From Octopus vulgaris (lineage: Eukaryota), in contig OX597822.1 of the NCBI GenBank assembly GCA_951406725.2, forward strand, positions 11,966,001 to 12,030,000: DNA of 64,000 bases, read 5' to 3'. Shown piece after piece: positions 27,663 to 41,190 of the stretch. Position numbers and translations under genes: made by a program. The notes beneath the pieces were generated by a model. The model was not told the DNA's origin. It worked only from the letters and a program-made list of their open reading frames with translations, and ran no database searches. Numbering within the stretch: position 1 is the stretch's first letter; each line of letters opens with the position of its first letter.

Positions 27663-27871
27663 CATTCTTATTATTATTATTATTAATATTATTATTCAGG
27701 TCATATCGCCACCTTGCCAGTCGTTTCATTCATTCGATTAAACAATCAAGGCGGTGCTCCAGGATGACCACACCCTAGTGACTGAAACGAGGAAAGGATA
27801 CATAATCTATATATGTCTGTCTGTCGTTCCCCCCTCTCTCTATCTATCTATCTAGCTAGCTAGCTAGATGC

Positions 27872-27913
<42 letters not shown>

Positions 27914-27938
27914 GTCTATCTATCTATCTATCTATCTA

Positions 27939-29026
27939 TAAAAGAGGCCGAGGAAGGGCGAATGGCACCGCGAGTGTCGCGTTGCTATCAAGCAACTCTG
28001 CCGTCCAGGGTAGACCTTGAGTGACTTCAACACAACCAAAGCATTCTATAGGGGTTTAGTGGAGGGGAGGTACGACGACGAGGAGTACCTGACCCGCCAT
28101 TTCAGGACGACTTTCGGGCCAGGGCCCATGGACAACTTCCAGAGATCCCTGGCCTGGCAGTGCTACCGAGAAGCGCTACCCGTTCGGGATAAGCTCTACA
28201 GACACGGCTCGAGAAACACGGGGCCGACCTGCCCGAGATGCGGTCAGAGCGACGAAACCGTTCTGCACGCAATCGTGCAGTGTCCAACAATTTCCGACCT
28301 GTGGGCTTATGTCGAACAACTGCTGTCACGTGTGGGACGAGTCGGTTTATCAGCTGAGTCTATCGTCAATATTGTCACACCTCCTTCCTTCAAACGGGAA
28401 GGAAGAGCTATTTTCATCATCCTTGTGGCTATGGCGAAAGAATGTATCTGGTGGACGCGTCTGAAAGGATTGGAGACAAACACTTTCCTCTCTGGTCAAT
28501 CTCTCATCAACTTCTTCAAGTACCACTTGAAAAGGAAAGTGAGTAGAGAGGCAAGTTTTGTCTAGCGAATGTTTTAAAAAAGATGGGTGAATGTAGCAAG
28601 AATGGCACGTATGAATGACGAAGCCACCTTGAGCATGATCCTATGAACCCAGAAATTGAAAACAGAGAGTTGCTTATTCGCAAAAAAAAAACAAAAAAAA
28701 AACAAATATAACATGTAACTCCATTGACCGAGGTTACCGTGGTCTTTTCCATAGGCTTTTCTTTCCACGGGTAAACCTCACCTGTCCTCCCCTTTACACT
28801 TCATATTGACATTTCTGTGATAACGATCCCTATTGATAATTTTTTTTTTTTCATCTCCCCCTTTTTTTTAATCCCCCTTTTTTGTCCTCTTTCTCTCCTT
28901 TTACGATCCCTTTTGATCGAAACTCCCCCCTTCCCTTTCTTTTTTTTTTTTAAACCTTCAAAAGAAAAGCTCTACCTTGTAATTTGTTCTATCTGTGTGC
29001 AGCCCTGTGTCGCTAATAAAGAAACA
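27939..29026 (+). mobile_element. Second 5'-truncated L1/Tx1-clade LINE copy inside (TATC)n
   Basis: Near-identical to 12505-13637, same 3' end into (TATC)n, with a 27-nt in-frame deletion. Confidence 0.9.
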
Positions 29027-29052
29027 TATCTATCTATCTATCTATCTATCTT

Positions 29053-29118
<66 letters not shown>

Positions 29119-29236
29119 AATCTATCTATCTGTCAATCTATCTATCTAACTATCTATCTATCTATCTATCTATCTATCTGTCTATCTATCTATCTATCAA
29201 TCTATCTATCTGTCTATCTATCTATCTATCTATCTG

Positions 29237-29285
<49 letters not shown>

Positions 29286-30518
29286 ACACACGCACGCACA
29301 CGCACACACATATGTATGCATTGTGTAATGTTTTATATTTTATAGACATCCATATAAGTAAAGTGATACGGAAACAACCACATGTAGGCAAACCCGCATT
29401 CGCGACCACACACAAACACAAAAGAATGCACGCGCAAACCCACGTACATACGCATACGTGCACTTATATATATGAAATACATACTAAACACACACACACA
29501 CACACATAAACACACGCAAAAACATGATATTGCCTTCTATCACGGATTTAATTCGTAATCGTAGCTTATCATATTAACGGTGCTGCTGTAATTATTACGA
29601 AAACAACAACAACAACAATATTTGAAAACATAAAATAAACCTAAACAAAAAGAAGCCTTATATCCAACCGACAACAAAAAGTAACGACAATAAGAACAAC
29701 AACAACAACAATAATGAAGACAGAAAAGCATATATATGTTGAAAAGGTTATCTCACGAACGATTTATGAAAAATCAATTTTGTTTTTGGTACTGGTTTTT
29801 ATATTTTTTACAATATTATTCGTTATTTTTTTTTCGTAGAGGGTTTTTCATTCGTTGAAAGAATATCTTGGTATTCATATGAAGATTCTTTCTTCATCTT
29901 AAAGATAGAAGATTTCCAAGTACACCACGGAAAAATCTCAGATAGGATTGCCGCAGTCATAGGGGGAAAAAAACTACAAGCATCTCGCCTTTATATTACA
30001 TTTTATAGCTGTTATAGATACGCATGCACACACACTCACACCCATAAAATATATAGATAGATAGATATGTGAGTGTGGCGTGTGAGTGTATCTATATGTA
30101 CATGTGTGTGTGTATATATATATATATATATGCATAAATACATACATAAATGTATATATATATGTATGTGTGTGGTGTGTATATGTGTGTGCATTAATAT
30201 GTATGGTTAAGCAGACATAGCGAAGGCATAATTTAACATCATAGAAATAGGGGAAAGTGAAAGTAGACGTTTGCACGTTAGAAACGATAACTACAATAAA
30301 GTAAGGATAATGTTTTTATAAGATCAGCGAGCTGGTTTTTACATAAAGGTATATAGCATACACACACATACACACATACACATACACGCGCGCGCACACA
30401 CATACACACACACACAAACAACCGTAACACACGTCGAAGGACTACAGATTATACATATAAACACACCCACTCAAACATACATACGTACATGAATACACAC
30501 ACACACACACACACACAT

Positions 30519-30554
<36 letters not shown>

Positions 30555-31168
30555 GCATATATGTATGTGCGTGTGCGTATAGCAGCATGTATGTATTTAT
30601 GCATAAGGTTATTATATCTGACGCTAAGTATATCTTCCACGCCTTTCCTTTATTCAAAGAATTGGAAATGAAAGAGATGGAACCGATATTATATGGGTGT
30701 ATATATGAAAAACCCTGGCGTATATAGAAGAATATACATCCACACACACACACGCGTACACACACATATCTCATATACATATATATATATACAGGCATAT
30801 GAAAGTATGGTATGCTCAGGTGTGTATGTGTGTGCATATATATGTGTAAATATATATTGTATATACATACACACGCAAACACAAAAAAACACACAGACAT
30901 GTATATATATATATATATAATTGCCAGCCAATATGCCGAACCGCCAGTTTACGGGGACGTAAACACGCTAACACCAGTTGTCTAGCAGTGGTGAGGTGTA
31001 AACTTAGACACAAAGGCACACACACATCCTTTATATTCGTTTACGGAAAACGTTTTGAATATGCATCTAAGAGCTCCTATTTCATAATACTGGCTACAGC
31101 ATAATGACGTCAACTGGCAATGCCAGATTCTTCTGGTCGCATCGAGCCGTGCCGAATTTATGTAAGAA

Positions 31169-31237
<69 letters not shown>

Positions 31238-31316
31238 TATTATTATTATTATAATATTATTATTATTATATTATTATGATTAATATTATTATTATTTTTA
31301 TTATCATTATTAGTGT

Positions 31317-31382
<66 letters not shown>

Positions 31383-31383
31383 T

Positions 31384-31541
31384 TTATTTAAAAGCAGCGG
31401 GAATATCACAAAAACTGTTACTCCCGTCGTCGGACAGTTTTGTTAGAATGGAACAGACATGACGATAACAAAACTGTCCGACGAACGGGAAGGTGAAACT
31501 CTGAGTAACAGTTTTTATGATATTTCCGCTGCTTTTAAATA
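31384..31541. mobile_element. Palindromic short element carrying a hammerhead-like motif (31471-31514, plus strand)
   Basis: Arms ttatttaaaagcagcgggaatatcacaaaaactgttactc / gagtaacagtttttatgatatttccgctgcttttaaataa. Motif aaactgt-CCGACGA-acgggaaggt-GAAA-ctctga-GTA-acagttt. Confidence 0.65.
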
Positions 31542-31624
31542 AGATATATATATATATATATATTTGTATGTATGTATGTATGTATGTATGTATGTATGTA
31601 TGTATGTATGTATATACATACATA

Positions 31625-31699
<75 letters not shown>

Positions 31700-31701
<2 letters not shown>

Positions 31702-31893
31702 TGGGATTCTTTCAGCGTCTCTCTGCGAAATCTACTCACAAGGTTCTGGTTGACCCGAGGCTATAGCAGAAGACACCTGCTCAGAGTGCCTTCGCTTGTA
31801 CTTTGGGAAGGTGTTTAGTCTCACGCAGTAAGATTGAATGCGGAGACATGCAGTTGTGAAGTAAACTCCTTGCCACGCTGCCTCTCCAGTGCC
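31700..31893 (-). mobile_element. Diverged 5' half of SINE family A
   Basis: gatgggattctttcag..aaatctactcacaagg..gacccgaggctatagcagaagacac matches family A. Confidence 0.7.
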
Positions 31894-32404
31894 TATATGT
31901 TCTGTTATTTTAAATATTTTGTTAAGATTAGCGATTTCGTTCGATAGTTAAGGCTGGTTGAAGCGTAACGCACGCACAATTCATGACAAGCTCTGTTATG
32001 TTACAGTCATTAAATTTACTTCATAAATTTAAGTAACTTTTATTTCATATGGAAGAACCGTATGTTTAAAAATGTATAGCGGTATCGATTTTGCCTCTTT
32101 TACTTCCTGAGTCTGGATCGCAGCCAGATCCCAACTTTATCCTTCCGCAATCTTTAAATAATGGATCATTGAAATACTAGAGGCGACATAATTTTCTACA
32201 AGTTTTTAACTTCGAGCTAGGTGGCTGAGAAGGCCAGGTATCTGGTTTGCGTTGCGTGTAAGTCACAAATATACCAACCGCCTTCCTGAACCTGAAACCA
32301 TTACATCGAATGTTTCAATGGCAGTATTTTTGGTGGAAGGAAGAAATAGTGTGCATTGATCCCACTCATTACTTGTATTAACTCACAATCAACTTTCATT
32401 TCCT

Positions 32405-32731
<327 letters not shown>

Positions 32732-34869
32732 TTCTTATTCTTCTTATCTAGTTTCAGCTCACGAGCTGTGGCCATGCTGGGGCACCGCCATATGTATATA
32801 TGTATATATGTATGTATGTATATGTGCTTGTTTGTATATACGTAACATGCATTTATGAATATGTATGTACGCGTGTCTGATCTGTCTGTGCGTCTATGTC
32901 TAGTGGTTGTAAGTATTCATAAATTCGTTCTTGTTTTCTATGTTTTATCAACTCAGTCTTGCTCTTTAAACGTCCACCACTCTTTTTGTACATTATTTCT
33001 ACGACCACAGCCGCCACCATTACCCCCGCCATCACCAACACCACCATCATCATCAGCATCGTCATCACTACTATCAACAGCTCTATCGCCAGCATCACCC
33101 TCAATATAATATCGATCGAATGGACAAATAGTAGAAATGAATTTATGAGCACCATTAACATCCATACACCTTACTCTTCGCGAATGCACTTCGGACCTCA
33201 TACAAGTATATACACACTGACATATAATCGTACATTTATAGCCACAAGCATACACAGGCGCACGAAGACACGCGGGCGTACACATATATCTCAACTCAAA
33301 CGTAGATATATATATATACACTGTGAATCCAGCTACAGATCTACTCGTATAACTGTCCGGTTTGTTCGCTGTACTGAATATATATTGTGAATATACGACA
33401 TCATTAAACGCATTATTCACTGTATCTTAATGCTGACCCAAGCTTATTTCTAAATGCTTCTGCTACGCTGCTGCCAGTGCCGTAGCTTTTGGCTATATTT
33501 TCTATTGATTTCTGTTTCTGCTTTCATTTCTACAAAACTCACCACTCGCGCCATAGTATTTCAAGATTTAACAAATTAAAGATGGCCGACATTTGTTGCT
33601 TTTATTGCGTTGCCGCTTTCTCCACCACACTCTCTCTCTCTCTTTCTCTGCTTCTCTCTCTCTCTCGCCCCTCCCTCTCTCTTCTCTCCCTGTTTGATCT
33701 GTCAGCATCTATTTTGCATTTCTTTTGAAGCAAATTAGAACATTGCCGTGATATTAATAATAAAAATAAAAATTTTGCAAATCACTATAAAATTTATTGT
33801 TTGACGAATAAAGAGCTATACTGAGTTTGATGATTGTTGTTCATTTGACAGTCGGTGGTGGGCAATGTTGAGTAGGGCGTGGGTGGAGTGTCATTTATTA
33901 CTGTACTTGTTGCTGGTGGTGGTGGTGTTGTATTTACTATTGCTGCTGCTATCGTTGATGTTTTCCTTGTTGTTGTCGTTCCATCCAGTTTTATTCCTCT
34001 AACTGATTCCTGTCGTTTTTCTTTTTGCTTTTATTCCTAAGTACGTTATTATTGTTGTCCTACTTGCAGTTTTATGACTCAAACTCTCGTATTGTTGCAG
34101 TTGCTGTTCTTGTTGCATTTAGTTATAATTTTCACTCTGATACATTTATTGTTGTTTCTCATTGTTGCAGTTGTTATTGTTACGGTTGTTTCACGTGCAG
34201 TTTTATTACTCACACCCCTGTTTGTTCTTGCCGTTGTTGTAGTTGTTGTTGTTGTCATCGTTGTTGGTTTTCTAAATAGTTTGATGGACTACAAGTTGTT
34301 CAAAAATTTGAATTTGATCTTACAGCTCTTTTTGTTGTTAGTTTTACTCTTGTCAAGCTTATTATATATTCTATTGTTCTTGTTATTCCTGATGTTAATG
34401 TCGTAGTATTTGTTCTGTACAGTTCAATGAGACAGAATTTGGTGGAAAAAAAAGTTTAGGCGTGGTTAACGGGAATTAATGTAGTACAGTGTTTAGTTTT
34501 ACGTGAGTTAATTTTAATGTAGTATATAGCATTAAAGCAGCGATGTTGGATAAGTTAGCAAATGTGTTGTTTATTTTCAATTTTGGTATACGTCACCGAG
34601 GTTTCGATCTGTATGATGCTTTAAGAGGACACAATGTGCTTCAGATGAGAAATTTGTAACATTTCTTTCTCTTTCTTTTTGTTGATTCTGGGGAAGGAGC
34701 ATAGTCTTTGCAGACTCTTCCAGACCGGTAGGATGTGATATCACTGATGTTCGACTTAAACTGTTGTTAGTCGATACGTTTAAGAAAGGCATGAACAGAA
34801 AGGGTGTTCCTCCGGTCTGACATTCTAAGATGTAATTGCAAGGAGTAATAAGTATGGATTAACATACTT

Positions 34870-35105
34870 TCCGAGTCATATAAATTCATAAGGCCGGTTT
34901 CCCAGTTTCTGTGCTGCATATATATCACACTTGACGGAACGCCAGTCCGTGGCAGTATTAATTATGTTTGCCAAATGGGAGAACTGGAGCAACATGAAAT
35001 ACAGTATTTTGCTCAAGAACACAACGCATCGCCCGGCCTAGGAATCGAAACCACAATCTTAAAATCATGAATCCCAACTCTTAACCACGAATGCGCGCGT
35101 CTCCA
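34870..35105 (-). mobile_element. tRNA-derived SINE family C
   Basis: Reverse complement homologous to 9636-9835 (tggagacgcgcg..gtggttaag..tttcgattcctagg..ttcatgttgctccagt). Confidence 0.7.
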
Positions 35106-35753
35106 CGCTGTGTGTAATGATTTTTGTGTGGCGAGGTTGGGGTTGGAGACTAATATTAGTTATGATAAGAGGAGAGATAACTGTTTCGGAAGAGACGATT
35201 GAGAGCATGAAATGAGACTAGGCACTTACAAGGGACGGACGCCGTCAAAAAACAGGAAGATCGCACCCGGGCTGAGGCTGGATCGCATCTGTGAAGGAAC
35301 GTAGTGTCAATGAGCAAGGATCCTTTAAACTATAAAATACAGCCATCATAATGAAAAGGACAGGAATCTGCTGTTGCTGATGTTGTTGCTATTGCTGTTC
35401 GCATAAGACATCGAAATGCGATTCACTTATGTTGATCTAGTTATGCAATGACTTCTGCAGATTTGAGCTCTATATTAAGCAGTAAGAAGTTTGCTTCCCG
35501 ACGACAGGGTTCCGGGTTCAGACCTACTGCGTGGCATCTTTGGCAAAGTGTTTTCTGCTGTAGTTTCGGGTCAACTACAGATTTGTGAGGAGATCTGGCA
35601 GACGGAAACTGAAAGAAATGAGAAGTAGATAGACAGCCGACAACTGATGAAGGGTCCTTTCTCTCTGTTTACTTGTTTTCATCATTTTTTCCATTTTTTC
35701 ATCATTGTTTACGTATTTCATGTTATTTACACCGGTGGTGAATCCTGTACCCG

Positions 35754-35796
<43 letters not shown>

Positions 35797-35841
35797 ATGT
35801 CATTGTTTACAATAATATTACCCATATATACATGTATATAT

Positions 35842-37400
35842 ACTAGAATTTTGACCCGACGTTGCCGGTTCATAGTGCTAGTGCATGTATATAGTGTATA
35901 TATATGTGTACATATTACATGTACATCTATATATATATATATATACCTCTACACATAAAATACAAAATACAAAGTTATATCTTGATATCGCTAGTGATAA
36001 CAATACTCAAAATATATAACAGACTGGAATTGTAAGCCCGTGTCTTGCAATTTCGATCAATTGGATCTTGTCCTCCCTCTTGTATAGAAGTGTTGCTACA
36101 ATCCAGCCTACCTCTACTTCTGGGGGTGGGGGCATTTTTAATTTTTATCCGGGATGCCCTACGTCCCAGATATAAAGGTAAAAATAAAATATTTCCACTT
36201 TGCAAGTTCGAGTCGAGTACTCCCTTGCACGCTCCGTTGACACGAACCTTGCTTCTATTGTGGCGAATTTACCGCCTCTGGTTAGATATCTTTCATAGTC
36301 GCACCAAGACACTTTTCGATGGTGCTTTCCTCCAGGTGTTGAAATCCTTTTTTCTTTATATTGTATACTTTATAGACAATAGTCTTTTCTTTAATTTAAT
36401 TTTTTATTTCGTTTGGTGGTGTTATCCTAGGTTCATCGTCTTTGTCGGTGATCAATCCGTATTTCTTCCATTTTAATTTCAATGAGTTCGCGCCCGCCGA
36501 CGCCTGCAGCGAAATTCATTTTTGGACTTTCTTCTATCGAAGGCATTCTAACGAAAATGCTTCCGTGTAAACTGTGAAAATATTGTCAATTTCCCCAAAC
36601 AGACACACAATTCAATTTTTAAACAATAACCAAAGCTCCTTCTCAAAGGGGGAGGGTTACAGTTTACAATTATCTAACAAATGTAACACAACAACGTTTC
36701 CTCTACGAGGAACCAACAAACGTGATAACAATAGTTAAAAAGTAATAATAACAACAAACCTTACGATGAGTCAGAAAGCAGTAAGCAGTTGAAGTCCTTT
36801 ATGTATAAGAAATAAACCAACACGAGCGGCTGTTTGAGAAAACAGATATTACATACAGCCACACTTCATATAGATACTTAATGCTAGCTACTTAGCAGGT
36901 AACCTAATGTAAAAGCACAGCTCCATCTGGACTATTCCGTTTCTGCACGCTAATATCATTTTTAATCTATTCCCATTCATGTGAAACCACTTATTCAAGT
37001 TCAAGTCATTGATGCAATTTTATACCAATTGCTATTTTTACTTTTGTTATGTTACGATTATATTATATTTTAGTTTGATTTTAATAATTACTTACTACAT
37101 ATAATTCAATTGTTATTATTATTTTTATTGTTAAAGTGAAAGTATCTGACATAAAATAGAGAAATGTTTCACTTTTAACATGTAATACTGAAATAGTGGA
37201 GAAGATATGATATTGCTGTGGGCTCGAGCTAGGCAAAAAGTAAAAATTGTTTTTGCCGATGACACTCCTCGGACCCTAAGTAAGGCATGTGTAAACTTTG
37301 AATGAAATTGGTTGTGTAGTTCTCAAATTTTAGGGAAACACACAGACAGACAAACAGACAGACAGGCAGACACACATTGTCAGTTTTATATATATATATA
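35842..37400 (-). mobile_element. Non-autonomous Helitron-like element with internal inserts
   Basis: Minus strand ends ...ccggcaacgtcgggtcaaaattCTAGt (subterminal hairpin plus CTAG) and begins tatataaaactgacaatgtgtgtctg(tctg)n, typical of microsatellite-bearing Helitrons. Confidence 0.6.
36020..36480 (-). mobile_element. Decayed LINE ORF1-like fragment (probably L1/Tx1 group) inside the Helitron-like element
   Basis: Frameshifted EKTIVYKVYNIKKKDF..LEESTIEKCLG..TRGGKFATIEARFVSTERAREYSTR..ILFLPLYLGRRASRIKIKNAP; family assignment from recall only. Confidence 0.45.
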
Positions 37401-38211
37401 ATTGTTTAGAATAATATCAAGTGGCACAACATGCGTAAAAAAGATATCATGAGGTAAAAAATCATTAATTCATAATGAATGATACTAAAAGTAGCACCAG
37501 CGCGCTAAAAATAGCAGTCAGAAGACAACAACAAACACATTTTCACTGATCCACATTAACTCCGAGTTCAATTAATGTGTATCAGTGACTTCCACTTCAA
37601 TTAACTTGTATCAGTGAAAATTTGTGGTTGTAGTTGTGTCCTCGGCTTGATTCGTTCGACAAAGAACCCTTCATGCCGGTGCCCCAGCATAGCCGCAGTT
37701 TTTTGACTGGAACAGATTAAAGATAAAGATAAGATGTTGTTTTTGTTGCTTTTAAAGCTCACCTTAACCCCATCCATCCTGTCTCCACGATACGATATCT
37801 CTAATTAAATGCGTTCTACAGGTGGCAACTACGTGTAGTTGCCACCTGTAGTCCGTATGATGGATCACGCAATACAAGGTGGAAGCAGCCGTTATTTTAA
37901 GACTGTAGACAGAGACATTAGGGAGACAAGGGCTGCTATTTCTAGTTGGTATTATTTCTATCTTTTGCATCATATTCTTCTCTTGGATTTCACATGTGTA
38001 TATTTATAAAATGATATTAAACTCTATGAAATCAGGGCATTCCTCTTCTACTTTTTATATTTCTTTTCCACCTATTTTCAACCTTATACGTATATATATG
38101 TATATAAGGGGAGAGTTCACGAAAAACACAAAAGACGAAGACAGGTGGTGTACAAAACAAACATATGTATTAGTATAACGCTCAGGGATTGAAAAAGTCT
38201 TTTTGTATATG

Positions 38212-38275
<64 letters not shown>

Positions 38276-38369
38276 ATCCAAACAAGAAAGCACAAAATAA
38301 CACAACAACGCAAGGACGTGGAACAAATATAGTATTATTGGACGCTCAGGAAAGAAGGAAAGAAGGAGG

Positions 38370-38404
38370 GTTTAACGTTTCGAGCGGAGCTCTTCGTCGG
38401 AAAC
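38370..38404 (-). ncRNA. Minimal hammerhead variant in a Penelope-like repeat (38270-38410)
   Basis: gttt-CCGACGA-a-gagc-tcc-gctc-GAAA-cgtt-aaac: stems I and II perfect, ACGT palindrome, U4 replaced by C. Confidence 0.65.
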
Positions 38405-38432
38405 ATAGGATATATATATATATATATATATA

Positions 38433-38512
<80 letters not shown>

Positions 38513-39840
38513 TGTGTGTGTGTGTGTGATTAATGTGAACAGCAGTTTGCAATGTTTCACCAAAACGTAGAATTGTGATTGTCATTAAATGTGACGAGGG
38601 TGTTATGGAACATCCCCTGGCTAGAAACAAGAGCTAAACCGCTCTAATGCTGCAGCAAACGCATATGGATGAAAACATAGGCTCTAACAGGGACCCTAGT
38701 CGTACGGAAAGTGCCGATCAAGATTCCTAATTCTGACGTCAGATGTGGCAATTTCCGTTGTTCAGAAATTTCCGACTTCGACAGAATAAGCACCATTCTT
38801 CAAAATATTACACAATGGAGTCAATTCATTTAACTAAAATCCTTCAAATCGGTGCCCCAGCTTGACCGGTGTCTTATGTCTGAGACATGTAAAAGATGAG
38901 ACAGATACGTCATTTTTTGTTCTCGTCTCTCTTTTCTCCGGAACAAATTTCTCCGGAAGACAACGTCTGAAATGTTGTAACACTTAAGTAATTTATTTTC
39001 TTCGAGTGCCAAACCAGCAATTTTACCTCTTTACTGATGTCTTCTACACTTTTCCCCTTAATTTGTTTTCTCTTTTCGGGGCTACTTTAATTGAATTCTT
39101 ACTATCGAGTAACTAATTTCATGTTATTACATAACTGATTTCACAATTTGTGTATTCATAACTCATTGGGAATTCCTAAAAGCAAGAATTCCTAACAGTA
39201 AGACAGTTCGGTATTCTCAGTAAATGCACAAAAACCGTTTTAAGGGCTACATACTTTGTATTGTTGTTATTGGATTAGAGAAACAATTATGTGAACGGAA
39301 ACAAGGGGAAAGACCGCAGATATGAGACGAACAATCAGCTTCAGGTTTAACAAGAGAAGACATATCCACTACATGTACCGAGTACCTCTCGTTCATCCGA
39401 TATATAGCAACGTACACACAGACACATAGACACATAGACACACACACAGACACATGCATATATGTATATGAAGACACAAACACACTCACACACACACACA
39501 TATAAATATAGCACTTCGGGTTTTATACAGGTATATATGCTGTGGGCGAGCTTCACATAGATTATCATCATCGCGGCTACACTCAGGAAAGGATTATGGT
39601 TACTGGTGTACTTCGTAGTGTTACAGGTAATGATATAGAGGGCAAGGGAAAAAGAAGCATGATAAGCACAAAAGGCACTTTCTAGTTTTTGTTTCCTACG
39701 TCTGTTTCACACTTGCGTCTACTTACTTTCTCTGCACTTCATGTTCTTAGAACAATTGGATGTAGATCCATTACAGGAAAATACTACTGAATAAATGGTA
39801 TAAGCGGCATCTTATATTTATCGCATATATAAATAAATAA

Positions 39841-39887
<47 letters not shown>

Positions 39888-39942
39888 TATATATATATAT
39901 ACATATATATATACATATATATATAAATATATAAGTAAATAA

Positions 39943-39987
<45 letters not shown>

Positions 39988-40336
39988 TATATGCATCCAT
40001 ACACATACATATGTATGTATGTGTGTATGCTCTCTCTGTGTGTGTGTGGGTGCGTGTGTGTGTGTGTGCGTCTGAGCGTGTTGAGAGAGTGAGAGAGAAT
40101 AGGATAAGCTAATATATAATGCTAAGAACTAATATGTATTCTACTCGATTTCTCGCAGCTTTCCTAATGACAGATACGAGATATCCTACATTTAAGTCGT
40201 TGCATATTCTTTATAAAGCCGATTTGTATGATATATAGCTCTGATATTCGCGCTCTTTTTTGTTATATCTACTTACATAAAGATTGCACGTAGATCCCAT
40301 ATACCTAACAATTATACATACATACATAGGTACATA

Positions 40337-40386
<50 letters not shown>

Positions 40387-41127
40387 TAGATAGATATATA
40401 TATGAGTGTGTGTGTGTGTGTGTGCGTGCCTATGCGTGTAAGCAACGTATATTTTGCGCATATATAGGGATATGCACGTATGCATATATATATATATTTC
40501 TCTCATTCTCTCTCTCTCTCTCTAAACACACACACACACACAGACATTGTACAGTTCACATTTAAGCTTCACAGAAAATAGTTCAAAAATGATATATAGT
40601 TCTTATTGCGTATGCAGATTTGCACAACCACGAGCACACAAACACGCATACACACACACATACACACACACAAAGATACATACACAGGAAAAAACCAAAA
40701 CAAAAAAGAAATAGAAGCCACGTAAGCACACACGTGTGTATCCATGTATGTATGTGGTTGGGCACATTATGTGTATTTTTTGTGTTATATTTTCCAGGCG
40801 CTAAAGCCGAGGAAGATAATTCATGATTTGAAGGAAAATGTCTTCTAATGGTAGCAAGATACTCTCGGATTTGTAGAACTACCATAGGCCAAATATATCT
40901 AACTCTGCTTTATGACATCTCTCTGTCTCTCTCTCTCTGTCTCTCTCTCTGTCTCTCTCTCTCTCTCACTCTCTCTCTCTATTTATCTATCTATCTATTA
41001 TGTATCTATCTGAGTGTCTGTCCGTCTATGCGCCTGTCAGTTCGTCAAGTTAACTAGCGATCCAGCTGCAGATGTATGTTTGATTATATACATAAACAAA
41101 CCACACAGACACAAAAACACACACGCA

Positions 41128-41187
<60 letters not shown>

Positions 41188-41190
<3 letters not shown>

